Positions 1-11,589 of a stretch of DNA of 64,000 nt are shown one piece after another. The position numbers and the translations under genes are program-made. The stretch is from the NCBI GenBank assembly GCA_951406725.2, contig OX597815.1:121458001-121522000 (forward strand). The letters run 5' to 3'. The notes below the pieces were generated by a model. That model had not been told where the DNA came from and did not search any database. It saw only the letters and a program-made list of their open reading frames with translations. Every line of letters starts with the position of its first letter. Position 1 is the stretch's first letter. The DNA is from Octopus vulgaris. Lineage: Eukaryota.

Positions 1-182
1 GACAACAAAACATCCAGAAAGACAATACACAGAAAACAAAGACGGGTCAATCGAAGTTTTTTTTTCCTCAGTCAAGTACCAGATTATCTTCGCAATTTCG
101 GGTGATACTTGACTGAAGAAAGAAAACCTCGAATGACCCGTCCTTGTTTTCTTTGTATCGTCCATCTGGATGTTTTGTTGTC
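1..182. repeat. Long imperfect inverted repeat (foldback element) next to (TA)n; left end may lie outside the window
   Basis: gacaacaaaacatccaga (1-18) is the reverse complement of tctggatgttttgttgtc (165-182); inner arms gacgggtca/tgacccgtc and cagtcaagta/tacttgactg also pair. Confidence 0.85.
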
Positions 183-195
183 CCAATTTTGTATT

Positions 196-197
<2 letters not shown>

Positions 198-255
<58 letters not shown>

Positions 256-287
256 TTATATATAGCGGCGTACGTACACTCTAGTCT

Positions 288-370
<83 letters not shown>
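198..370. repeat. (TA)n and (TG)n microsatellites
   Basis: Directly visible. Confidence 0.98.
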
Positions 371-578
371 ACCGCATGTGTATCGTTGGCGATTTTCTTT
401 CTCCGTCTTCCCTTCCTTGAACCATTCCTTTTTCTATGTTTCTGACGAAGTGCTCCGCTCGAAACGTTAAATCCTCCTTCTTTCTTTCCTTTCATGAGCG
501 TCTAATAATACTTATACTTGTTCCACATCCTCGCGTTGTTGTGTGATTTCTCTTTGTTCATGATTGGATAAACTTTAT
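366..578 (+). mobile_element. Short non-coding hammerhead-bearing element (probably Penelope pLTR-derived), copy 1
   Basis: Near-identical copy at ~1614-1818 and an inverted relative at 44678-44889; contains a hammerhead motif; 3' end abuts TA-rich sequence. Confidence 0.75.
438..472 (+). ncRNA. Minimal type-I hammerhead ribozyme motif
   Basis: gttt-CTGACGA-a-gtgc-tcc-gctc-GAAACGTT-aaat: core CUGANGA and GAAA, stem I gttt/aaat, stem II with one mismatch, palindromic ACGU stem III, predicted GUU cleavage site. Confidence 0.7.
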
Positions 579-579
579 A

Positions 580-951
580 TCTCTCTATATATAAACGGCA
601 GTTTGTCTGTGTGTGTTTCTGTGTGTCTGTCAGGTTGTACCCTCACCCTGACCACGGCTTTCAACCGATTCTGATGAAACTTGACACACACATAGCCCAA
701 TGTCATAATTCCAAACTAACGCAGCGAAAATTTTGAAAAGTTCCCCCAGTTCTGAAAAACATCGATAAATTCGACATGGAGTCGAGAATCAGAAACACAA
801 ACCACAGACTGTCTAGGGGACGCAACTCGACCTTTTTAACTAAAAAAAAATTTACCATAATTTTTTTTTCCATTTTTTGGCTATAACTCTCTAAAAATGC
901 TTTATAGTTATTTCCCTTACAAACCCGAGCAACGCCGGGCGATACTGCTAG
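580..951 (+). mobile_element. Non-autonomous Helitron
   Basis: 5' TC (tctctctatatataaa), 3' GC-rich hairpin cccgagcaacgccggg followed by CTAG (948-951), inserted between A and T. Confidence 0.85.
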
Positions 952-1432
952 TACATATATATATATAAATCTTTTGGTAAATATATTCAATAAGAATTAT
1001 TATATACTGAATTTATATTGAGTGCTCCATTGTATAAAAATAGTCTGGCTGACCAGCTTGAACATTGCTCAGAGGGAGAAATGAAGTTTACTGTCAGCAA
1101 CTGTGAGACAACGTCCCACACCCTACAACTCTCACTAGCTCTAATTCTGTTATCTTACAACATCATTCTATCTCACTCTGTATTTACTACTAAACAATGA
1201 AGAGGACACAAGCACAAACTTTACTTCGCATGCTTTTGGGTTTATCATAACCTGCCCGTCGAGGTAACGTAACGGTAAATACTTTCTTAAAACTTCATGT
1301 CTTGTCCATCTTTCACATCCTACAGTATGCAATTATAACAACAAAATTTTTATCGCCACAACTGCTGACTCCGACATTTCATATTACTGTTTACAAATCA
1401 TTATATTGTGTAACTAATAATTTTCCCGTTAC

Positions 1433-1433
<1 letters not shown>

Positions 1434-1524
<91 letters not shown>
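1434..1524. repeat. (TA)n microsatellite
   Basis: Directly visible. Confidence 0.98.
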
Positions 1525-1528
<4 letters not shown>

Positions 1529-1613
1529 AATTTATAAGTAAGGGCAAAAGAAAAAAATTCTGATGCCAAAATATGCCGAAAATGGACACAACGTCAATAA
1601 CCATGTAATATAT

Positions 1614-1818
1614 CCGCATGTGTATCGTTGGCGATTTTCTTTCTCCGTTTTCCCTTCCTTGGACCTTTCCTTTTTCTATGTTTCTGGCGAAGTGCTCCGC
1701 TCGAAACATTAAATCCTCCTTCTTTCTTTCCTTTCATGAGCGTCCAATAATACTTATACTTGTTCCACATCCTCGCGTTGTTGTGTGATTTCTCTTTGTT
1801 CATGATTGGATAAACTTT
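1614..1818 (+). mobile_element. Hammerhead-bearing element, copy 2 (core mutated)
   Basis: Direct repeat of 373-578; ribozyme reads CTGGCGA...GAAACATT. Confidence 0.75.
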
Positions 1819-2012
1819 ATATATATATAAAGCGAGCACTAAGCCACTTCTCTCACTTTACAAGAGCTTTTCGTTTCGAATCGCACGTGTCTCGAGGTGT
1901 GCTAGAGAATTTCTATTTTGAATATATTTGGAGTACTTAGTTGTGCTCGTGGCTTAGTGCTCGCTTCTTCCATGAGTATGAGTAAGTATTTCACTTATTT
2001 CTTTACCGCATT

Positions 2013-2066
2013 TATCACTGATGAAGAGAAGATTCTTATGAACTAATTCTGAAATTGGGTCCGATA
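2013..2066 (+). ncRNA. Degenerate hammerhead ribozyme motif
   Basis: tatca-CTGATGA-...agaa...ttct-GAAA-ttgg-GTC-cgata; stem I has one mismatch, stem III relies on G-U pairs. Confidence 0.45.
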
Positions 2067-2844
2067 TGGCAATAACGGAATTTTTTAGAAATTTCTGTCG
2101 GGTTTCTTTGAGATACGTGCTTGTAGTGATATATTACATGGTTATTGACGTAGTGTCCATTTTCGGCATACTTTGGCATTAGAATTTTTTTCTTTTGCCT
2201 TTACTTATAAATTGTTTATAAATTTAACTTTTAAAGGTATTTTTTTTATATGCTGGCCATTGATAGAATTTTTTTCGAAAAATGCTATCCTACATTAGAT
2301 GTTAATTTATATATCTATATATATATATATATGCACTCGCAGTTATTGTGAATTGCAGTCAAACTTTCCTTGCCGACATCTAGGGTTCCAAAACTCCTAG
2401 CTGACTGAAAGAATACGTGAAGACCAACTCTATTAACAGGAAACCTAAGGTGTCGTTAAGGAGAGACTGGGTATAATTTACATTAAACATGTGTAATTAG
2501 GATTACACACACATGCACATACACAAACATGCACACACACACACATACACAAAGTTTATACAGTATAATATTAAGAAACATACCGTTAAGAAATTTTACC
2601 AGGCGGTTTCGTATGTCACTAGCCTTACAAAATTGAAATTATAAAATATTCATCAGATAATGATAGCTGACGCCTGCTTGATCAAGGTTGACCTGCACTA
2701 AACAACAACAACAACAACAAATCGAATTAACAAAACATATCGTCCATTTATAGCGTTCATAATCTTTTCAAACACTCGACCACCAAAATACTCATGCATG
2801 TTACTGCTATCGCCATTCAGATTCTTTCTAATAACTATTGAAAA

Positions 2845-3221
2845 GTACCATGAATCCACTTCAGTTTTTACTTGGCATCAGACCAAAGAACTCAATATCC
2901 TACGTCTGTCTGATGATTTAGCAAAATTGACAAAATTCCTACTGTGTTACTTTCTGATATAATGCTCAAATGGATGTGATAATTCTATTCCATCATATTC
3001 CATCATACGAACGCCAATTGTCAAAGAATAATATTGATCCGCGGACAATTTTATTTCCTATAATATTGAGCAATGTCTTCTGCTCTTCTCTGTTACTTTT
3101 TCGATGAAACTTTTTCTTTGCGTTTCCTCGAATTTATACTTCCAAATAACTAGTTAGTTGCCTCTTTCCATTAGCTTCTTGCATATTATCTTAGGGAATA
3201 TTTCGTTCCGTCTATTCCTAT
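2845..3221 (-). pseudogene. Decayed Merlin (ISXO2-like DDE) transposase
   Basis: Minus-strand fragments IGIDGTKY, KTLLNIIGNKIVRGSILFFDNWRSYDGI, HSRNFVN, DIE and WSDAK*KLKWIHG follow the Merlin motif order (xIDE..TL..I..GS.I.SD.W..Y..NHS..FV..IE..W..K); stops and frameshifts present. Confidence 0.75.
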
Positions 3222-3959
3222 CATAACACATTTTTTAATGGAACACAAACACGAGTACAAGTTTGATCTTTTTTCCTTGTAAGTTAGTTTGTATTTGGTA
3301 TGGAACAATAACTTTCCTACATGCATTAGTCTGATAAAGGACTATTTAAGAAAACGAAAAATCCACAATAAAAAATGTCAAACTTTACTCGCATTTGCTT
3401 ATGTTTGAAAGAAAATTTGTTCACCATTTGCACGTGCGCGCACGCACATATATGTACACACGCACACACACACATACTGAGAGTGTTTGGCAATCTTTGA
3501 GAATAACGTACCGGTTTTACTTAAACTTTAAGCGCTCTCTGTTTGATGGCCGCAAAAGGTAGATGAGCGCGCGCGTTTGTGTGAGTGTTACAGACGCTGT
3601 GCAGCGGTCAACATGTTTTGTCAAGTGATATATATTTTAAAGTTTTGCTGTTGCTGTTATTTTAGATGGAATATAAAATTGGGTAATATTGCTGTTTTGT
3701 AATGGCATACTATTTCCATCTTTACAAAATCGTTTTCACTTGACTTCGATACTTTATAATTTAAGACAGAATATTCCTAATGTGTAGATGAATAATGTTA
3801 ATATTGATTCCGCCGATAACAATCAGATTGCTCTGACCTCCATTGACATGCATCAATGTGTAAATGTTCCGACTTTTTCCAATTTGCATTCTTTAGCAAG
3901 TTTTACTGAATCGGTATATCAGATTTCCAAAAACTATATCACCTCTTACATAATCATTG

Positions 3960-4150
3960 CTAACATAGGTACAAAGCTAGAAATTTCCATTTTTTTTTTT
4001 TTTTTGTGGATTGTAGATCATAAAATCGACCCCAGTACCAGAACAGATAACTTCATTTTCTCCGACCCCACCAATAAAAATGATGAAAGAACTTAAAGCG
4101 TCGGAACAGATATCGCTAGGCATTTTGTCCGAAGCTCTAACGATTCTACC
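3960..4150 (-). mobile_element. SINE family B fragment
   Basis: Inverse of the ggggtcg..aaaat..agt..tactggggtcgat motif seen at 7578-7730. Confidence 0.55.
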
Positions 4151-4439
4151 AATCTATCATCACCCTAACTTCTGGTCCCAATAGTAAAATACTCTTAGTA
4201 CTGTCTTTCATTTGGCACACTGGGAATTTTTCTTGGGGCCCCGTAGGTTAACGTGACCAATGCTAATTTATTATGCTGTGCCTTGCTGACAATGTAGAGG
4301 CCCCAGTCTCGTTCTTTGTCCAAGGGCCTATAACGTTGTTTTAGACAGCCCTGCACCTCACCCCCGTGAGCTTACACTGTTCTGATTTATTAGAATTTGT
4401 ATTCTTACAGAATTTTCACTAAATCAGTATTGGTGACTT

Positions 4440-4790
4440 TCACAGTTATACCACCATAACTTAGCAGTTCGGCAATAAAAGAAATCGACAGAATATGTAC
4501 TACACTTAAAACAAGCGCCGAGGTCCATCTGATCAACTAAAAAAATAACACCTTCAAGGCAATGCTTCAGTATGGCTGCAGTCCAATGACCGAAATAACT
4601 AAAATAAATTTCCCACTACAGGCACAAGACCTAGAATTTGGGGTGGTGTCGGTGGCTAGCCGATTACATCGAGCCCCAGTACTTGACAGGTACTTATTTT
4701 ATCGACCCCGAACAGAGAAAGGACAATGTTTGAACCCGGAAGAATAGTCGCTAAGCATTTTGTCCAGAGTACTAATGTGTCTGCTAGTTC
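4440..4790. mobile_element. SINE family A 3' half (+) abutting SINE family B (-)
   Basis: taacttagcagttcggcaa...cagtatggctgcagtccaatgaccgaaa, followed by tacttattttatcgaccccgaa. Confidence 0.7.
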
Positions 4791-4940
4791 AGTGAAAGAA
4801 TAAAAGAAATATCTGTGACAAACGTGTTGGCCGTAACACAATGTCAATAACAAAGAAAAACAAACTTACGCGGCCACCAAACTCATACCAGCCAAAGTTT
4901 GAGAAAGTGAAGCTGGTACTTTATACTCAAAGACCGCCTT

Positions 4941-4975
<35 letters not shown>

Positions 4976-5395
4976 TGTAGTAGTGTTTGTGGGTAAATAA
5001 AGATGAGTGTGCATGAGTTTGCGAGTTGGTGTGTACTTGATTGTATGTGTGAATGTTTCAGAATTGAAGTGAGTAGAAATTAAGTTTAAAATCTACCTTA
5101 TGTATATATCAAAACTCCACTGTTAACATATAGGTAGGTTTGAGATAGAAAAGATAAGGTAATGTGTTGCATCTGTTGAAAGAAAACGGGGGAGAAAAAA
5201 TTAAACAAAAGATGGAATACTAAAACGTATGTGAGTGTGTGTGAACAACAACGTCAAGCACAAGAGAAAAGAAGTTATCATTGGAAGAAAATTCGTGAAA
5301 TAGAAACTATTTGAATGCTGAATGTGTGTAGAGAGTTTCTGAGGTGGAGAGTAAGAGGATACGACTGATGGTTGAAACCGTGACAGCGGCGGTGA

Positions 5396-5396
<1 letters not shown>

Positions 5397-5462
<66 letters not shown>

Positions 5463-5840
5463 TTATGGGAAAGGGAGAGCGCCACAGAGTTACGAGGGAG
5501 GATAGAAACAAAAACAGTGATAAAAATGGAAGTATATATGTGTGTGCATGTATATATCTCGATAGATAGAGAGATAGGAGGACAGAGATAGTTCAGGGAA
5601 AGTGAGAGAGGAAAATAGTTACGCGGGAGGATACAGACAGAGACAGAGATAGAGAAGAAGAAAAGAAAAACGAAAGAGGAATCTATCTATCTATCTATCT
5701 ATCTATCTATGAGAGAGAGAGAGATACAGAGAGAAAGATAAGGAACGGAGATAGAGATAAAGAGTGTTAAAGGAAGAGAAAGGGAGGGGAGACACGAGGT
5801 AGGGAGAAAAATAAGGGTAGAGGAAGAGGAAGAGGGTGTG
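5397..5840. repeat. (GA)n and purine-rich tract with (TATC)n
   Basis: ~58 bp perfect (AG)n followed by degenerate GA-rich sequence. Confidence 0.9.
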
Positions 5841-5849
5841 CTGGGTCAA

Positions 5850-6207
5850 GAGTAGTTACAGTACGATAATCATAACAAGCGCCACTATCGCCACCTCTAC
5901 TACCACTACCACTACTACTACTATTACTACTACTACTACTACTACACCACTACCACTACTACTAACAGTACAAGGTCTGCTAGTTAGTATCCACTAATAA
6001 TAGTGGCAGTGGTAGTAGCTATCACAGCGGCAACTCGTTATGGTCGTAGTGTAAATGACAGCTGCTACTGTTATTATTATTACTATTATTATTACTTTTA
6101 TTATTATTATTACTATCACTAGTCGAGCTGACGGCTGTCTTTTGCTTGAAAAGGATGACTCTTTATTCGCTGATAACATACATATAAATACATATAATAT
6201 ATCTTGG
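5850..6207 (+). other. Candidate non-coding first exon (5' boundary uncertain)
   Basis: Consensus donor GG|GTAAGT at 6208; CpG-retaining sequence with (TAC)n and (TAT)n tracts downstream of the GA-rich region. Confidence 0.4.
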
Positions 6208-6461
6208 GTAAGTAAAAATAATTTTGTTTTTATTCACTAATTATTATAGAGAGAAAACGATAAAACAAACTATCTTCGTTATTTTGTAATAACACTAATA
6301 ATTGCAGTTTATTATTAATATTATTATTCAACTTTCTTCTCTTGTTAATGTATCTCAGCAGTTTAGATTTGTTTTTGGTTTTCTTTCCTACCCTTGATTT
6401 CCTTGAATCGTATAGTATATGCTGTGGTTTATTTATATTTCTGTTTATCTAGGGTATTATG

Positions 6462-6511
<50 letters not shown>

Positions 6512-7080
6512 ATATATATTTGTTTATGAAGCGATAGTAGCTGGTCTACCTACACGTTGTGGAGTTGTTTATTTGGTGTCTGTCTATTCTGCCTTGGCAA
6601 CATGTCTGTCTGATGCTTTGCTTTATTTGTTTACTAGATATATTGGTTCGTGATATATCCTTCCACATTAACGCCACCGTCAGGCACACACACACAAATA
6701 TAAATTACACATACATTCGCAGATACATATAGGTATAAGGCTCAACATATACATACACATACTCATATAGAAACCAAGACAAACATGTAAATGCATACAT
6801 ATACACACACACGCACACATACAGAGATGTACAAACCAACACCAACACATGTACATACGTTACTTACATACACACGCACAAACATATACAACCAGCACGA
6901 ATACACATACATGTACACGAACTTGTACACTCATACAAGCATATACAGAGCAGCACGAACACGTACATACAAAGACATTTAAACATAAAAACACATATTA
7001 AGACATACAAAAACAAACACGTACAAACATATACACAGAGAATACACACTTTCTTTCTCTCTCTTTTTTCGTTCCCTCTT

Positions 7081-7116
<36 letters not shown>

Positions 7117-7577
7117 TAAATAAAGACAACTCGATAGACAATTTTAAATATGTTTATTCCAATTGTATTTGATTTCTTCTTCAACTAGTAAAATATAATT
7201 TTATTTATTTATATACCTCTATCCGAAATTAAATGATGGAAACTTTTTTCTAAAAAAAAAAACAAAAAACAACAACATAAAATGCAGAAACAAGAACAAC
7301 AACTAAAAGATCAAAACAATAATCTAATAAAAGACCCGATCATATTAATTCTAGTTACGTCTTTTTATTTAGGAGTTGGCGTCGCTTCTTCGTCCAATTT
7401 CTTTATTCTTTCCATTCTCATCGAAAGACAGAAAAAAGTATATTATTCGATGTAGTATGGACTTTTTTTTTTTTCAAATTTCTTTGCTTTCCATATTGAT
7501 CCATTCTTTTCTGTACCGTTTCACGTGCTGTAGTCGATTTGTCTTGTGTTATTTTTTATTTTTTTTTTTGTGATTCT

Positions 7578-7880
7578 AAGTTCAAGTCCAGCCGAGGTCA
7601 ACTTTGCCTATCATCATTCCGGGGTCGATCCAATTAAAGTACCAGTTAAGTACTGGATCGATGCGATCGAGTAACCTCTTCACCTCAAAATAGCTGGCCT
7701 TGTACCTAAATTAGAAACAATTATTATTATTTTGTGTGTGTATGGTTCTGAGGTCAACTTTGCCATTAGCCCTACCGAGGTCGATAAAATAAAGTGACGT
7801 GCCGGTCAAGTACTGGGAGTTGATTTCATCGACTAACCCCTCCCCAAAATGTCAACCCTTGTGTCTAAAGAAAGAATGAT
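7578..7880 (+). mobile_element. Two tandem SINE family B copies
   Basis: gaggtcaactttgcc...gtcgat..aa..agtactgg occurs twice (7578-7730, 7748-7880). Confidence 0.8.
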
Positions 7881-8679
7881 TTATTTGGAATACCATTCCA
7901 AGCACCCACGAAGAATAAATACAGAATTTCTGGTCACTCTTAATGTAATGCTGAGACAAAAATTCGAATTTTTTTTTTTTTTTTTAAATAAAAACAACAT
8001 TTAAAAAAAATGTTCGGTGATCAAAAATGCTTTAAGAACTTTCAGATGTGCTTACTGACAGAATTATCGAGTTGATAGATAGTTACATATATCGAATCTC
8101 GATATTCACCTGAGTGGCGTATGATACCTATATATCACTGTATTTTTTCCCATTCCTAGCAGTGAGTTGTGCAGGTAGCATCAACAACAGTTCATAGCAA
8201 CACGATTTCCCCTTTCTCTCTTTCTTTCTCTTTGTAGCCACGCATTTTCAGTGTTGCTATTTCCAATGTGTTTATTCCTCCTCTATTAAGCAAGTACGCA
8301 CGTTGGGCCGTTGCCCAGGGGTCCCCCACGGTCAAAGAGACCTATGCTAAGATATGCATGTTGTGGCATACATGTAGGTTAACTGCGTTGGATCCCCAGT
8401 CTATTGCTTTACACAGAGTATGCCTTACAGTGTTTTTTTTTTGTTTTTTTTTAAGACGGGCCTGCTGTTAGGGGTGAACTATTTACATCAATAGTAAGTT
8501 ATTAACCCGACGTTGTTTTTCACTGTTTATTTACATTTCGCTTTCTAATCCGAGAAAGTTTATAAGTAATTAGCTTCCTGCGAGAAAAATCCTTGAATAT
8601 GTACATATATATTTATATATATTGTGATAATTACACATTCCTTATCATTTCGTTATTCTCAAGAAAGTTCCTTCTGTCA

Positions 8680-8932
8680 AATGCCGGATGTATAGCGTAA
8701 ATAACCTGATTGTAGGTTTTATTACATTAGCAGAGTAGTATTTCATAAATTCTTACTGTGTTTTGCATCTAATAAAGTAATTTCCTATTCTAACTCTCAA
8801 TATTTAAGTTTAATTACTGTAAATGAATGTTACGATTATTTTAGAAGCAACAGTCTTCAACCACCGGGTAAATAGTAGTTACTTTTCGCATACACGTCGG
8901 AAGTTGAATTCAGAAGCAAAATAAATTCTCCG
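8680..8932 (+). promoter_or_regulatory. Candidate promoter and short alternative first exon
   Basis: ETS-like CCGGATGT (8684-8691) and CGGAAGT (8898-8904); possible donor CG|GTATGA at 8933; unique CpG-retaining sequence. Confidence 0.35.
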
Positions 8933-9576
8933 GTATGATGTTTTTGTTGTTGTTTGGAGGTAAATAACTAGAAGTGAAATAATTTACTTGCAAATGTATT
9001 ACATGAAAACTATTATTATTTTATATCTTTATTTAGTAGGCGATAAATCACTGTTTTTATTACCTATATAATGCAGTGCGGTCGGTGCCAATATCGGACG
9101 ATTTTGCGTTTCTACGTTCAAAACCTCGCTTTACATTAAACGTAATTTTTTATTTGTATGTCTTCGATATTAGTAAAATAAATACCAGTTATATACTAGA
9201 TTTGTGTTCTACTACTTCTGTTCTTCTCTTAAATGGTATCTCTGTTTTTAAAATAAATAAATAATCATATCAATATCGCAGCTGATGGCTGGGGGCACCT
9301 CGCAGTTGTGTATTCCTCACGGAATTGATGTTGTTATGCCTTTTATTACACGCGACGGCGACTAAATAACGACTCGTGATATACTTTAGAATTATTGGAT
9401 GAATATATGTGTATATTCAATAGAAAACATATTTGGGTGAATTCGTTCCACTTAGGAAATAGAGAAAGAAAGAGAGAGAGAAAAGGCCCTTGCATACAAG
9501 AGTTTTTTTTATTTATATAGAAAAGTATATTTATTGTATTGTCACTATTGGGTCATGACTGCATTTGTATATTCAG

Positions 9577-9913
9577 ACGTTGACTGGACAGCACTTCGCC
9601 TACGGCAACATGTCTATGCAAAGAATATGATGTTTAATTATACATGAGAACGGTGTTTCTGGCACAGACAAGAAGAAGCTTGACTAGATAAATACTTTAC
9701 GATATCTGATTTTTCGGGATCGACTTTCGTCTCAGATAGTGTATCGAGCGAGTTCCTGTTGGAGCTGTTACTCGTAATATTGGAATAGAAACACTCGCTC
9801 ATTTTTATAGTGCTCCTGCTGCTGCTATTTACAGTAGTGAACTGTACCAGTCTGGTGTACTTATTATACAGCCAGCTGTTGTGGTCGATGAGAGTTTGTT
9901 GTCCGGGACAAAG
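9577..9913 (+). other. Candidate internal exon (5' UTR or partly coding) of an unidentified gene
   Basis: Acceptor ttgtatattcAG|9577 and donor AAG|GTAGGG at 9914; GC-richer island in AT-rich flanks; stop-free frame 9740-9913 (CIERVPVGAV...DESLLSGTK) with no recognised homology. Confidence 0.45.
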
Positions 9914-11049
9914 GTAGGGAATATTTTTATATTGGCAGGCAACTTCGAAGAAAAATATCATTTGTTTTATAAATATAATCACTATTTTAGTTTTTATAAA
10001 ATATAAACTTTATTATTATTAGTTATAATTATTTATAGAAACTAATGCAAAGTTTCAGAATAAGCAACCCACCATAACTTTCTTTATTAATTTTTTTATT
10101 GTTTCTTTAAATTCTTTACGAAGTCTTTACAAGTGTACATAAAGAAATATGAAGTAGGTGTTTCTAAAAATCGCAATTAGTTTTTAAAAACTGTTTAAAT
10201 AAAATAGAACTAAATCAAAAGTATATTCCAGTGTAATGCTTTCCCCCCTCTTAAACGCTATGTTTCTTTTAGAAGGCCTCACGTAGCCCTTCAGAAGGCC
10301 GTACTGTTCACCATCTCTGGTCTTGGCTATCGACATCGTTGCAGGTGCGCTTGTGACAGTTTAAACAGCCGGCTTTTTTTGCTGGCACTGTAGCATCTAG
10401 GGCTGTCTTGACAGTGTTGCGGGTTCCCAAGGCAACGCAATGCATTGGGGTCCCTATATTTATTTATTGACAGTAAGTTACAGCATACAGCTTTCGGTTT
10501 CCAGATCTTCGTTGTCTTCCCTTCCCATTCATTGATAACTACCCAAAGTACCTATACTTTAAGACAACACTGCCCGTACTACCATATCGATCAGGGAAGC
10601 TGCAATAAATTCATGCTTAGAAAAAAAAAAAAAAAAAAAAAAAGCAGGAAAACGATCACCTGCGCTCCACTTAAAAACTACGCCCTTGTACTTGGGTATA
10701 TGAAATTTCATTGTTTAATCTCAATCTATAGTCTAATGATTTCTGTGACATTTTGTTTACTGAATTTATCAAAGACACTTGCGGTTTTATGACCTTATTG
10801 TATCATAACACCTGACTCATTGTGCATATATATATATATAAATGTGTTTGTGTGGGCACACATGTACAAAAGCTTCTTATTTCTCTAGAGAATTAGATCA
10901 AAGCCGTTTTATTTAAAGTCTTTGACGAATATATTTAAAAACAACAACCCAGCTTATTACGTCTTTTTTTTTCTTCTTTTTCTATTGTCTGTTGTCTAAA
11001 CTTTTAATTACGACTAACTTTACTGCTTTTGTGTCTTGCGTCTATATTC

Positions 11050-11137
11050 TGACGGTAATTGTTGTTAGGGCTCTGGTAAACCCTGATCAAACAGATGTAT
11101 GGATCAAGGGGATTCCAGTCGTGATTATTCTGTCCTT

Positions 11138-11172
<35 letters not shown>

Positions 11173-11305
11173 TTTTTGAGTGATATACAGGACTGCATTA
11201 TGTAACATATCCTTCCTTTATTTTAGACGTTAGGGTGGTGTGATATTAATGAGATTTAGCTGTTATTTCTAACATCTCAAACGACCTTTTAGAGGTTCCC
11301 CCTTT
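11050..11305 (-). mobile_element. Short retroposon family with (CAA)n-type tail
   Basis: Similar sequence at ~53140-53360, ~53715-53830 and the tail at ~2670-2720. Confidence 0.45.
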
Positions 11306-11534
11306 GTGTGCTCCATATCGTGAATGGTATTATTGTTTCTCGATGAAATATTTCTGTTCATCGCCGCGTACTCATTACTTCCACTGGGGATTTACTGTTA
11401 TCATTCTGCAAATAACAATGTAACCATGCAAAGCAGCTTATAAGCGTAGTTTGAAGACTGAAGTTGGGAAAAATACTTCTTTTGAGTTTGCTCAAGACTC
11501 TCAGCAAATTCATATGGCACACACACACACACAT

Positions 11535-11588
<54 letters not shown>

Positions 11589-11589
11589 T

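Larger units (their letters stand above)
1522..2220. mobile_element. Composite Penelope-like pLTR structure with ~93 bp inverted arms
   Basis: 1522-1614 is an inverted copy of 2128-2220; inner perfect 18 bp inverted repeat 1830-1847/1949-1966; degenerate hammerhead at 2013-2066. Confidence 0.6.

Noticed and set aside
671-681. CTGATGAAAC as a hammerhead core
   Set aside because: No helix II or helix I; it is part of the Helitron 5' region
84-1839. ORFs such as [14 protein letters not shown] and [14 protein letters not shown]
   Set aside because: Antisense readings of the repeated hammerhead element plus microsatellite
9638-9982. 114 aa minus-strand ORF as a gene
   Set aside because: No recognisable domain; splice signals and the CpG gradient favour the + strand. 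Not fully excluded
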